Part shown: positions 1-9,119 of the stretch, piece by piece
Position numbering within the stretch: position 1 is the first letter of the stretch
How the letters are laid out: every line of letters begins with the position of its first letter
Assembly (NCBI GenBank): GCA_028286285.1
Contig: JAQBRV010000002.1
Location: forward strand, 116,814-180,813
Direction: 5' to 3'
Origin: Candidatus Saccharimonadota bacterium
GTDB lineage: Bacteria; Patescibacteriota; Saccharimonadia; Saccharimonadales; Saccharimonadaceae
Length of the DNA: 64,000 bases
Made by a program: the position numbers and the translations under genes
Notes under the pieces: model-generated
The model's database searches: none
The model's input: only the letters and a program-made list of their open reading frames with translations
Told to the model about the DNA's origin: nothing

Positions 1-573
1 CGAGAAAGGTGCTGTTGGCTGCGGAAGCCCCGATGGAGTCACGGCTGGTTGCGGGGTGGCCTGAGGTGTTGCTGGAGCAGCCATTGGTGTTGGCATTGTG
101 ACGCTGGGTGTCGGAGCTGCCGTAGGAGCCACTGGAGCTGGCTGAGGTGCTGCAGGTGTTGGCGCCGTGCTGACGGATGGCGGTGTTGCAGGCATGGCTC
201 CGGGCAAATCGCCGAGTACGTCATGGACGGTACGCACAACGTCTTCGATGCCCACTTGTGATTTCACAAGGTAGCGATCAGCACCAAGCTGGACGCCACG
301 TTGGCGTTGGTCCTCGCTAGAAAGCGCGGTCATCATAATAACTTTTATGTCTTTTGTCTCCGTGGTGGAGCGCAGAATATCGAGCATGTCAAAACCGCTG
401 ATTTTTGGCATCATGACATCACTGACGATCAGGCCGGGCTTTTCTTTGATGGCCATTGCGAGCGCTGCTTCGCCGTCGCCAGCCGAAACAATATCGTAGC
501 CCTCCGCTAGTAGACGTACTCCGTAAATTTCTCGCAGACTTTTGTCGTCTTCCACTAACAATATCTTCGTCAT
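1..573 (-). CDS. Response regulator receiver protein with Pro/Ala/Thr-rich C-terminal tail (partial; runs off the left edge)
   Basis: Absent from the ORF track because no stop lies in the window. The minus strand from ATG 573 (GGGAG 5 nt upstream) reads MTKILLVEDDKSLREIYGVRLLAEGYDIVSAGDGEAALAMAIKEKPGLIVSDVMMPKISGFDMLDILR..KVIMMTALS, a CheY-like receiver. A PATPPSVSTAPTPAAPQPAPVAPTAAPTP tail follows and is still open at position 1. Confidence 0.8.
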   Translation of the reverse strand, partial: MTKILLVEDDKSLREIYGVRLLAEGYDIVSAGDGEAALAMAIKEKPGLIVSDVMMPKISGFDMLDILRSTTETKDIKVIMMTALSSEDQRQRGVQLGADRYLVKSQVGIEDVVRTVHDVLGDLPGAMPATPPSVSTAPTPAAPQPAPVAPTAAPTPSVTMPTPMAAPATPQATPQPAVTPSGLPQPTAPFS

Positions 574-631
574 ATTACTCCCTACTATACCTGAGCATTT
601 CTAAAAATACTATACTTCTTATGCTTTGACC

Positions 632-2548
632 TCATGAGGGTTCATCTCGCTTTGGGATAACCACGGCCGTACCTCGCGGATGGATAAATTGTGCGGGATT
701 CTGTTCAATGGCACTCAGGGGTGTATTCACAAGTGGCGGTGCGGTTGGTTGGCTTAATGTTGCCGGTTGCTGGATTGATTGCAGCTGCCTAGCGATAACA
801 TCGGCCGGTGGGCTTGTTACGGTGCCAGAGAGCGACTCGCTAGCCGGAGCGCTAACTGGTGGTGTTACGACAGCGGGTTGACTGGTGACAAAGGTAGACG
901 GCGAACGCACAATCTCAGTTGGCTGCAATGCGGCTTCGATGAGCCGGGTGGCTTCTTCGTGATCGATACGAGGGATCTGAAGGTAAAAGGTACTCCCCTT
1001 GCCATATTGACTCTCTACCCAAATACGGCTGCCCATGATTTCAGCTAGCCGTCGGCAGAGATACAGTCCGAGTCCGGTGCCACCAATCTCTCGAGTCTCA
1101 CTCGTGTCGACGCGATAAAACTTTTGAAACAAATGCGGGATATCCTCAGGTGGGATGCCGATACCACTGTCGGTGACTGAGATAGTGACATGTTCGTTGT
1201 CGCCAGTAATGTCGACGACCACATCGCCTTTCAGGGTATATTTAATGGCATTTTCGGTCAGGTTGGCGATGATTTCACGCAGATGATCGTTGTCGACCAG
1301 TGAATAGTAGACCGGACTCAGGTGTCGGTCAGTTTGCGAATCATCGGGCATCGGTTTGTAGACGAGCTGTAATCGTTTGGCGTCGGCTTGAGGGCGCAAA
1401 CCCTCGACGATATCGTGGGCGAATTCCACTACGTCAACAACTTTTGGATTGTTGGATAAACGGCCATCATCAGCCTTGCTGACGTCGAGAAGATCCTGGA
1501 ATAGCCGACCGAGATGTTGGGCGGATTGGTGGGCTTTGGTAATAAAATCCCGCGCCTTATCATCAATCTGAGCGGTCGCTGGGTTAAGTGTCAATCCTAA
1601 GTATCCCTCAATTGACGCCACCGGCGTGCGCATTTCGTGACTGGCGGTGCTGATAAATTCTGCTTGCTCACGTTCCTGGGCTTTTTCTTTGGTGATGTCT
1701 CGGAATACAATAATAGCACCCGAGCCGAGTTGACCGACTGGCGATACGGTTACTGACACCAGGAGCTTTTTGTCAAAATGTGTCGTCAGTGACAGATCAT
1801 CACGCTCCACTTCTTTATTGGTCGATAGAACCTCCAGGACTGGGTCGACCGACTCATCGAGCTCCTGGTCTTTTTGATCGGTCAACTTCAGAACCGACTT
1901 ATAACTGAGCGTGGTGGCGTCTTGTTTGCCCCAGCCAGTGATCTCTTGAGCGGCTGGGTTGATCAGCTGGATGATACCCTGGTTATCAACCGCAATCACG
2001 CCGTCGGCGATGGCATTAATGACGACCTCAGCCTTGCTGGCAACTTCGCTCAGCTCACTGGCGAGGTCTCGGAAGGCGCGATCCTTCCCTTCTTCGTGTG
2101 TTTTGCGCCCATGCCAAATGATATAGCTGGCAACGAGGGGTAGCCAACCGGCGATAAAGGTTGTCACAACCGCGTCTTGGATAATCGTCCCCTCGATAAA
2201 GCCGAGTACCAGATACATACTCCCCGCTACCAGCATGGGGACAATGCCCAGTAGGCCAAAGATGCCAGCGAAAATAGCGATTAAAATCCAGAGCGCAATA
2301 AAGGGAGACTGTAGCCCTCCACTGGTGGCAATGAGGCTGCCGGCAGTTGTGGCGAGCAGTACGTAGACCCCGAGAGACATGGCGGTAATCAGCTTGGTCG
2401 GTGACCATAGGTATGACACGACGGCGATAAGGAATGCGCCGGCGGAAACAATAACAGATATGGGATTGATGACAAGACCGGCATCATATCCGTCAGATAA
2501 GAACGATACGAAGTAGAGAGCGATGACACATCCCGCAACAAACATCAC
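632..2548 (-). CDS. Membrane sensor histidine kinase (multi-TM N-terminus, PAS-like region, HisKA, HATPase_c, Pro-rich C-terminal tail)
   Basis: 638-aa ORF. H-box FISTASHEMRTPVASIEGYL, N-box NLTENAIKYT, G-boxes DSGIGI and GTGLGL. Hydrophobic N-terminal 150 aa. About 90 aa of P/T/S/Q-rich sequence follow the ATPase domain. Confidence 0.9.
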   Translation of the reverse strand: MMFVAGCVIALYFVSFLSDGYDAGLVINPISVIVSAGAFLIAVVSYLWSPTKLITAMSLGVYVLLATTAGSLIATSGGLQSPFIALWILIAIFAGIFGLLGIVPMLVAGSMYLVLGFIEGTIIQDAVVTTFIAGWLPLVASYIIWHGRKTHEEGKDRAFRDLASELSEVASKAEVVINAIADGVIAVDNQGIIQLINPAAQEITGWGKQDATTLSYKSVLKLTDQKDQELDESVDPVLEVLSTNKEVERDDLSLTTHFDKKLLVSVTVSPVGQLGSGAIIVFRDITKEKAQEREQAEFISTASHEMRTPVASIEGYLGLTLNPATAQIDDKARDFITKAHQSAQHLGRLFQDLLDVSKADDGRLSNNPKVVDVVEFAHDIVEGLRPQADAKRLQLVYKPMPDDSQTDRHLSPVYYSLVDNDHLREIIANLTENAIKYTLKGDVVVDITGDNEHVTISVTDSGIGIPPEDIPHLFQKFYRVDTSETREIGGTGLGLYLCRRLAEIMGSRIWVESQYGKGSTFYLQIPRIDHEEATRLIEAALQPTEIVRSPSTFVTSQPAVVTPPVSAPASESLSGTVTSPPADVIARQLQSIQQPATLSQPTAPPLVNTPLSAIEQNPAQFIHPRGTAVVIPKRDEPS

Positions 2549-2689
2549 CGCTTCGCATATGCGGCGGTGCCAAAATTGGTTGAGCGGTAATGGTTTTATG
2601 ATGCCCCCTAGGAAAATCTCGATTTCGCTTATGTATTATTATGGCGAATTTTAGCGATAATGCAATCATGGAACGTGCACGGGGGGATT

Positions 2690-2708
2690 TTGGTGATCTC
2701 ACGGAGAA
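2690..2708. repeat. Distal att-like direct repeat (copy of the tRNA-Glu 3' end)
   Basis: 19/19 identity with 4379-4397, read directly from the sequence. Confidence 0.8.
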
Positions 2709-2865
2709 GGCGGCCACTTTGCTCCCGCAAAAGACCGGAGTTCAATTCTCGCGCTGAGATGAGCCAAGTAAAAACGCCCACCTAGAGGTGAGCGACTTTA
2801 CTTCGTGAACTACATAACCTAGAAATGGAACGAGATCCAGTATCAGATCATCTCAATGGTAAATA

Positions 2866-3444
2866 TTAAGCCTTCATCAAACGAAGTGACGAATAGTGTA
2901 TAGGTATGCAAATAGCCACTTCTTCGGGAATTGATTCAGCACCACCCTTACCATCACTAAGTATTGGATCATCCAGCACCAATGCTAGTCCGAATGGGAT
3001 AGTAGGGACATCTTCCCACTCTTCATCAGAGTCTGCTTTATCTTTTAATCCAAAAAATACACTTTCGTCAGGTACAGGCCCTACGTAGAGTCCTCCAATT
3101 CTTCCGTAAATTTGACTATCTTCGTCTAGAAAGTTTGCCTCGGCTCCACCTTCACTTTCATCTAACATGAGGATTATTGTGCCACCCTGAACGATAACTT
3201 CAGTGTCATAAGCAAGTTTCTCTGAACCAGAGATGAATCTATTTATTTTTTCAGTAAGAAGAGCTTGTCTTTGGGAGAGAGCATCATTATCATTAAGATC
3301 AATACTTCCTGCTGCAGCAAGCAGTTCAAGGAAGTGATCAAGCAATGCTTGAACAGTATCATCAAGTGGAGTAGGCTCACTTGAGCCAAGATCTATAGCT
3401 GCAGTTAAGTCGCGAAAAGCAGCTTCCATATCGGGCGAATTCAT
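2866..3444 (-). CDS. Hypothetical acidic protein (island cargo)
   Basis: 192-aa ORF, D/E-rich, AT-rich codons relative to neighbours. No recognisable motif. Confidence 0.5.
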   Translation of the reverse strand: MNSPDMEAAFRDLTAAIDLGSSEPTPLDDTVQALLDHFLELLAAAGSIDLNDNDALSQRQALLTEKINRFISGSEKLAYDTEVIVQGGTIILMLDESEGGAEANFLDEDSQIYGRIGGLYVGPVPDESVFFGLKDKADSDEEWEDVPTIPFGLALVLDDPILSDGKGGAESIPEEVAICIPIHYSSLRLMKA

Positions 3445-3578
3445 TATCCGCCATTATAGTGAAAATAGATAATATCAACAAGCATGAGCATATTTCTGAC
3501 TCGCAAATGTACCCTGAAACGTCGAAAACCCCGCCTCCCAGAGGGAGCCGGAGCTCGACGTCTGGATGACGGGGTACT

Positions 3579-3908
3579 TCACCCGAAGGAGGCGTTCATG
3601 AGGCGATACCTCACGGCGATCTGAGATGGGCGAAGGTGTAGAAACGTGGCTACCCGCTTCTTGATTAGCTTCCTGATCTTCTCCTGGTGCTTCTTTGTCC
3701 ACTTGGTGGTCTCACCGTCCACGACCAGGATGTAGTCGTAATCGCTGACGTTCCTCAACGAGTACTCGCTGTAGTCGAAGTTGGAGTGTCCGGGGCGGCG
3801 CTTGTTGTACTTCTCGATCACGTCGTGGACGATGGTGATGATCTTCTCACCAGCACTCTCCTCGATAGTGCAGCCGTCGGTGTAGACCTTCAGTTCGATT
3901 CCCGGCAT
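3579..3908 (-). CDS. Hypothetical protein (island cargo)
   Basis: 109-aa ORF in a locally GC-rich patch. It overlaps other short ORFs in the track. No motif recognised. Confidence 0.35.
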   Translation of the reverse strand: MPGIELKVYTDGCTIEESAGEKIITIVHDVIEKYNKRRPGHSNFDYSEYSLRNVSDYDYILVVDGETTKWTKKHQEKIRKLIKKRVATFLHLRPSQIAVRYRLMNASFG

Positions 3909-4012
3909 GACTTGCCTCTTTCTCTCAAAGGGATGAACGTGTTTGTATAATACAATAATTATTATAAGCTGTAAATACTAAAGAGAAAAGCCTCCATAGG
4001 GCCTTAGAACGC

Positions 4013-4379
4013 CTCAGAACGCAAAAACAACAGGCCATTAGCCGTGTTGTGAATGGGGATCTTACAGGTGATGAGAAAGATGAGTATCTCAAGACTATTG
4101 ATACAGAGGTATAACGTTTGCAAGATGACCTTGCGAAGGTGGGTCAGATTACGTCACTCAAGGAAGAAGCTATCGATTACTCGTTGTCCTTTATAAAAAA
4201 TGCTCCAAAGATTTGGAACAACAGTGGTATTGAGCATAAAATAATTTATCAGAACCTCTTGTTCCCTTCAGGTCTTCCCTACGACCTAAAGACCAATAAA
4301 TTTGGAACGGCTGAAATTAACCCACTTTACAGATTGATGGCAACACAAAAAGACGCCAAAGCGTCTTCTGATGATGTCT
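4013..4379 (+). pseudogene. C-terminal remnant of a large serine recombinase-like gene (frameshifted, catalytic domain missing)
   Basis: Two frames joined at about 4112 read ..QKQQAISRVVNGDLTGDEKDEYLKTIDTEV / LQDDLAKVGQITSLKEEAIDYSLSFIKNAPKIWNNSGIEHKIIYQNLLFPSGLPYDLKTNKFGTAEINPLYRLM. This resembles the coiled-coil/C-terminal region of large serine recombinases. No N-terminal resolvase domain lies upstream. The ORF runs into the tRNA. Confidence 0.45.
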
Positions 4380-4454
4380 TGGTGATCTCACGGAGAATCG
4401 AACTCCGATTGCCAGGATGAAAACCTGGTGTCCTAACCGTTAGACGATGAGACC
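4380..4454 (-). tRNA. tRNA-Glu (anticodon UUC), CCA encoded
   Basis: The reverse complement GGTCTCATCGTCTAACGGTTAGGACACCAGGTTTTCATCCTGGCAATCGGAGTTCGATTCTCCGTGAGATCACCA folds as a cloverleaf. Anticodon loop TTTTCAT, T-loop GTTCGATTC. Confidence 0.9.
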
Positions 4455-4614
4455 AAATTTTGAGAGAAATGTAACCAAAAATGCTGGCATTTTTGTTCAT
4501 TTCCGAGGAATTTGGAGCTCATATGGTCCGGAGGATCCATATGGAGCTATTGGGTCGCAGGGCATTGCATACCGTTTTGACTCTGTTAACTGTACCAAAA
4601 ACAGCTAAAAATGT

Positions 4615-5001
4615 CTAGGAATCGTCTGAATCAAGCTGCTTGATGAGCGATAGAAGCTTTTTTGGCGTAATTTCGGCTTTGATCAGATACGCCTGGGCAT
4701 TGTGTTGCAGCGCCAGGCGTGACTCGTCGTTTTGATCAAAGTTAGTCAGGATGACCACTTTGCTGTTGGGAATCAGATCTTTTTTACCGCCCCGCAGTGC
4801 TTCGAGGATCTCGGTGCCGCGGCGTTCGGGCAGCATGACGTCGAGCAGGATGACGTCGTAGGATTTATTACGTGCCGCGATGAGACCGTCGTTGCCATCG
4901 ACCATCCAGTCGACTTCGTAGCCAGCTTTTTTCAGACTGCGCACATACATCTCACCAATGAAGCGATCGTCCTCGATACATAAGATTGTTTTTATAGCCA
5001 T
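4615..5001 (-). CDS. Single-domain response regulator (CheY-like receiver only)
   Basis: 128 aa. ILCIEDD..DVILLDVMLPERRGTEIL..VVILTN..KAEITP. It lies 4 nt downstream of the kinase gene. Confidence 0.85.
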   Translation of the reverse strand: MAIKTILCIEDDRFIGEMYVRSLKKAGYEVDWMVDGNDGLIAARNKSYDVILLDVMLPERRGTEILEALRGGKKDLIPNSKVVILTNFDQNDESRLALQHNAQAYLIKAEITPKKLLSLIKQLDSDDS

Positions 5002-5005
5002 GTCG

Positions 5006-6535
5006 TTATCCCCTCATCGATCCGTGGTTTTTTATCCAGCCGTCGTGGTGCCTAATGAGTCCTTCGGTAGTATTATCGCCCGCTTTTAGTTTTTCGGCAA
5101 CCGTGGCGTAGATTGGCAATGTAAAACTGAAGGTTGACCCCTCGCCTTCGACACTTTTCACACTGATGGTGCCACCGTGCGATTCCACGATTGCTTTACA
5201 AATATAGAGACCAATGCCGGTGCCGGCGACGGTTTCGCGCGAGCGATGCGAACGGTAAAATTTATGAAAAAGATTACTGACCACATTGCTTGGCATGCCA
5301 ATTCCCTGGTCGGCGACAGAAACTTCCACAGAATTTTGCACGACCTGAGCACTGACGCTGACCGAGCCACCATCGTTACTATATTTGATAGCATTGTCGA
5401 TCAGATTGCCCATCACCTCACCGATCGCCGATCTGTCGGCGGCAACGGTCGGTAGGTCGGATGGCAGTGACACGGCGAGTAAGCGATTTTGGGCAATTGC
5501 GCGGAGTTGCATATCGTCTTTGATTGCGTCGTACATGATGCCCATTGATTCTTCGTGCAGATGAACCGTCAAATGACGACGGTCGTATTTGGCGGCGTTG
5601 AGAATATTATTGACGTAGCTACTAAGGCGATTGGCTGACACGACCAGACGGTTGAATAGTTCTTGCTCGTCGTTGGCGAAACGGTCGGATAGCTCATCGC
5701 CAAGGGTATCGAGATAGCCACGAATAACCGTGATCGGACCACGCAGTTCGTGGGCGGCAAACGAAATGAAGTCGAGATCGTTGTCCTCGGGAAGGTACTC
5801 GTCGGTTCGTTCTACCAGGGCTAAGACCACCTCAACCTCGCTTCCCTTTTGGTAGGAGGCGGTCATGTCGTAGATCTTACGCTCGTCTTCGCCGACGAGC
5901 TTATTGGCCACCCGGCGCCACGTTTTGGTAGCATTGACCGCGTGTTCATCACATTCTGCAATCCACTCATCAATAGTTTGATCGACATCGGTGATGATAT
6001 CAAGTTGCAACGAGCCGTCTTTATCGGTGTGTATGGGTGCGGATTTATTGGCATAGATGACGTTACCTTCCTTTAGGAAAACGATTCCTGTCGACGATGT
6101 GCCAAGGATGGTTTCAAAGGCTAAGTCTCCTTTGGTGTGAGATTCCGACGGCGCATTAGGCTGACTGCCGCCGAGCTCGTAGATAGTTTGCAGTAGTGGT
6201 TTGAAGCCACTTTTTTCGTAGCGACGGGTATTTGGATTCGGTGGTGTGGTAATCGTCGATTCTCCGGCGGCGTGCGCGAGGGCATGACTGAGCATTTGGA
6301 GCGGCTCAGTCAGAACGGAAAAAACCAAAATATTGATACCGACGGCCGTGGCTCCGATGGCAGTCATGATAATCCAAAATATAGAGTTAGTTGGCTCAAC
6401 AACCTCTGCCAGCATCAGTGCGATGACGATGACGAGCGTCGCAATGATTTGCATGCAGACCACGAAAAATAAGGAACGGCGGCGATACTGTGGCCAGTAA
6501 TCCTTAACCAGCTGGGGCGGCTTATCTATTGCCAT
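5006..6535 (-). CDS. Membrane sensor histidine kinase
   Basis: 509 aa. Two N-terminal TM helices, H-box FISFAAHELRGPITVIRGYL, N-box NLIDNAIKYS, DQGIGM and GTGIGL boxes. Confidence 0.9.
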   Translation of the reverse strand: MAIDKPPQLVKDYWPQYRRRSLFFVVCMQIIATLVIVIALMLAEVVEPTNSIFWIIMTAIGATAVGINILVFSVLTEPLQMLSHALAHAAGESTITTPPNPNTRRYEKSGFKPLLQTIYELGGSQPNAPSESHTKGDLAFETILGTSSTGIVFLKEGNVIYANKSAPIHTDKDGSLQLDIITDVDQTIDEWIAECDEHAVNATKTWRRVANKLVGEDERKIYDMTASYQKGSEVEVVLALVERTDEYLPEDNDLDFISFAAHELRGPITVIRGYLDTLGDELSDRFANDEQELFNRLVVSANRLSSYVNNILNAAKYDRRHLTVHLHEESMGIMYDAIKDDMQLRAIAQNRLLAVSLPSDLPTVAADRSAIGEVMGNLIDNAIKYSNDGGSVSVSAQVVQNSVEVSVADQGIGMPSNVVSNLFHKFYRSHRSRETVAGTGIGLYICKAIVESHGGTISVKSVEGEGSTFSFTLPIYATVAEKLKAGDNTTEGLIRHHDGWIKNHGSMRG

Positions 6536-7602
6536 GTCACGCTTCCGTGACCGTTTGGTACTGCTGATATCCAGGTTTGACCGCGATTCAGTGCAATCGG
6601 CTTGCCGGCGGCATCAGTAAAAGTCATTTGTGAGGCGCGATCAGCTTTGGTCCAGGTGGAGGTGGTGACAATGCCATTTTGGAAAATGATTGCTTCACCA
6701 GAACCGGTGGTTGTAATACTCTGACGGTAACCGTCTTCCATGACGGTGACTTCATCCACCTTCAGGGCGATCACTACACTTGGTGTGATTTGGCCAGCTT
6801 CCCGATCGGTGTGTGGGACTCCAGCCAAACTACGATTGTAGAGGTTTGTGGCGGCATCATAGGTGTAGGTGGAATTGTAAAGCGCACTACTAATGTCGAT
6901 AGCAATTGAGGTGGCGTTCGGCGCTGTGGAAGCTTTACCATCAGCTCTTGGAAAGCCGGTGAAACTCGATGACGTGTAGCCTTTGGCTATATTCAGGGCA
7001 TCGAGTCGCTCAAAACTAGTGTAGACATTGTGTGGAGCGTAGCGGTCGGTCGCGCGCCAGTATGAGCCGGCGTTGAAGAACTGATCGATATCGCGATACT
7101 TGCCATTACGCACCTCTGCGAGAGCAAGAGCACTTCCTCCGATATGGGCGACACTAGCGTTAAACGGAGCCAACCAGTCGACGTAGTACATGCGCAGGCT
7201 ACGAACAGGGCCGATCAGCTGCGGTTTGTCTTCTTGATGAAGTGTTAGAAAGCGAGTAATTCCGCCCTCAGCAATAGCTTCGAACACAATACCGGCGGCT
7301 TTGAGGCCGGACTGAGGCCGAGCGTCAGGGCTGTTCTCGATCATGATAGCGGTAACGGCTTGCTTGGTGGCCGCATCATCTGCGACCTCCACACCTGTCA
7401 GGGGCGAATAATATTTAACGATCGGCTTCGGTTTTGGCTTGACTACGGCCTTGGCAAATTGTGGCACGGGCTGACTCAAAAGCGCGTACGTGATACCACT
7501 TGCCACGAGAATGAGGATGACGCCAACAATGATGATAGTGAGAAGACGATGGGTGCGTATCCAACGAAGCAGTTTTTGAAAGGGATTTCGCTTTAGTTCC
7601 AT
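6526..7602 (-). CDS. DUF3048-like membrane-anchored protein
   Basis: The ORF track gives 6526-7647. I prefer the start at MELKRNPF (ATG 7602). TM anchor, then IMIENSPDARPQSGLKAAGIVFEAIAEGGITRFLTLH, typical of DUF3048/YerB-like proteins. It overlaps the kinase start by 10 nt. Confidence 0.65.
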   Translation of the reverse strand: MELKRNPFQKLLRWIRTHRLLTIIIVGVILILVASGITYALLSQPVPQFAKAVVKPKPKPIVKYYSPLTGVEVADDAATKQAVTAIMIENSPDARPQSGLKAAGIVFEAIAEGGITRFLTLHQEDKPQLIGPVRSLRMYYVDWLAPFNASVAHIGGSALALAEVRNGKYRDIDQFFNAGSYWRATDRYAPHNVYTSFERLDALNIAKGYTSSSFTGFPRADGKASTAPNATSIAIDISSALYNSTYTYDAATNLYNRSLAGVPHTDREAGQITPSVVIALKVDEVTVMEDGYRQSITTTGSGEAIIFQNGIVTTSTWTKADRASQMTFTDAAGKPIALNRGQTWISAVPNGHGSVTWQ

Positions 7603-7655
7603 ATGCCTGATTATAGCAAACTTGCTTATGGTTACGAAGTAGACCACTTGGTGGG

Positions 7656-9089
7656 TTACTGGTTTGTTGCTGGCCTCGTAGCGCTATCGAGGCGTGCAAG
7701 CACTATGTCTTTGCCAAGTACTGACAAAGTATCATTCAACGCTGGGCTAAATGGTGCCCAAGAGACAGCTAGTCGGATGACACTAAAGAGGATGCCCGGT
7801 TTTTGACCTGTCGTTTCAAGTAGGTCGTTAAGGGTATTCTGGATACCATCGGCCGAAAAATCATCGCTTTTTTCAAAAGCATCTTTAGCTGCGTGCAGCA
7901 ATCCAGCTAGGGTGTCGTTATCGAGCTTTTTTAGCTGCTTGTTTTCAGCGATCATGTTCCAGTCAGGGGTTGGGTCTGCGAAGAAATAGTCAGTAATCAC
8001 TGAGAGGTCTTTCAATGTTTTGAGGCGATCTTGCACTAAGGCGAGGATTGTTTTCTTTCGTTCGTCACTTGCGGTCGCGGCGCTGACTGGCCAAAAGTCG
8101 CGTACCCGCTCGAACAGATCGTCGATACTGAGTAGGCGGATGTGTTGCCCGTTGAGCCAGAGCAATCTTTGCTCATCAAAGCGAGCCGGTGATTTTTGGA
8201 CGCGTTCCAGGCTGAATTTTTCGACTAGTTCATTGCGAGTGAAAATTTCTTGTTCACTGCCGTCATTCCAGCCGAGCGTGGCGAGAAAGTTCATCATCGC
8301 TTCGGGTAAGTACCCGTCATTGGCGTATTCCAGGATATCTTTGGCGCCATCACGTTTGCCAAGTTTCTTTTTGCCATCGATCGCCATGACATACGGCAAG
8401 GTTGCCAGAATTGGTGGTGCAATACCGAGTGCCTCGTACAGATTGAGGTATTTGGGAGTACTGCTAATAAACTCTTGGCTGCGTAATACATGGGTTATTT
8501 CCATCAGCATATCGTCGACGATGTGACAGAAATTATAGGTCGGATAGCCGTCGGATTTCATCAGGATGAAATCGTCGATAGCCTCTGATCCGGCGGCGAG
8601 GTCACCCATAACAGCATCGGTCCAGGTGTACGATTTTGGATCGGATTTAAAACGGAGTGGCTGCGAACCGTCCCATTCGGGTGGATTTTCAGGGCGATGA
8701 TTCCGATATAGAAATGGTTGCTTACTGGTCTTTGCGTCGTCACGGAAAGCTTCGAGCTCGTCTTTAGTATAGGGATCCGCGTAGGCTCGCCCATTATCGA
8801 CTAATTTTTGAGCCCAGTCTTTGTAAATAGCCAGTCGTTCTGATTGGAGGTACGGCGCGTGGGGGCCACCTTTGTCGATGCCCTCTTGCCAGTCGATACC
8901 AAGCCAGCGTAGGCTGCTTTCTATCTGGGCGATGCTGCCGTCGACCTCGCGGGCTTTATCGGTGTCTTCGATACGAAGAATAAAAGTACCATGGTCTTTT
9001 TGAGCAATCAGCCAGGCGAAAAGCGCCGTGCGGACGCCACCGACGTGCATGAAACCAGTGGGACTAGGAGCAAAACGAGTTCGAGTCAT
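7656..9089 (-). CDS. gltX: Glutamate--tRNA ligase
   Basis: 477 aa. MTRTRFAPSPTGFMHVGGVRTALFAWL (HIGH-type motif) and KLGKRDG (KMSKS-type motif). Confidence 0.92.
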   Translation of the reverse strand: MTRTRFAPSPTGFMHVGGVRTALFAWLIAQKDHGTFILRIEDTDKAREVDGSIAQIESSLRWLGIDWQEGIDKGGPHAPYLQSERLAIYKDWAQKLVDNGRAYADPYTKDELEAFRDDAKTSKQPFLYRNHRPENPPEWDGSQPLRFKSDPKSYTWTDAVMGDLAAGSEAIDDFILMKSDGYPTYNFCHIVDDMLMEITHVLRSQEFISSTPKYLNLYEALGIAPPILATLPYVMAIDGKKKLGKRDGAKDILEYANDGYLPEAMMNFLATLGWNDGSEQEIFTRNELVEKFSLERVQKSPARFDEQRLLWLNGQHIRLLSIDDLFERVRDFWPVSAATASDERKKTILALVQDRLKTLKDLSVITDYFFADPTPDWNMIAENKQLKKLDNDTLAGLLHAAKDAFEKSDDFSADGIQNTLNDLLETTGQKPGILFSVIRLAVSWAPFSPALNDTLSVLGKDIVLARLDSATRPATNQ

Positions 9090-9119
9090 AACTCTATGGT
9101 AACAGAGGAAGGATGATTT

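Larger units (their letters stand above)
2690..4397. mobile_element. Degraded integrated element in the 3' end of tRNA-Glu, bounded by 19-bp direct repeats
   Basis: TTGGTGATCTCACGGAGAA occurs identically at 2690-2708 and 4379-4397. The right copy is the 3' end (T-arm half, acceptor, CCA) of tRNA-Glu. The interior holds two orphan ORFs of uneven composition and a recombinase C-terminal remnant next to the tRNA. Confidence 0.65.

Noticed and set aside
2691-2766. A possible plus-strand tRNA-like gene (..GACCGGAGTTCAATTCTCGCGCTGAGATGAGCCA).
   Set aside because: The T-stem does not pair (CGGAG versus CTCGC), the acceptor has a mismatch, and there is no credible D or anticodon arm. The left part is better explained as the duplicated tRNA-Glu 3' end.
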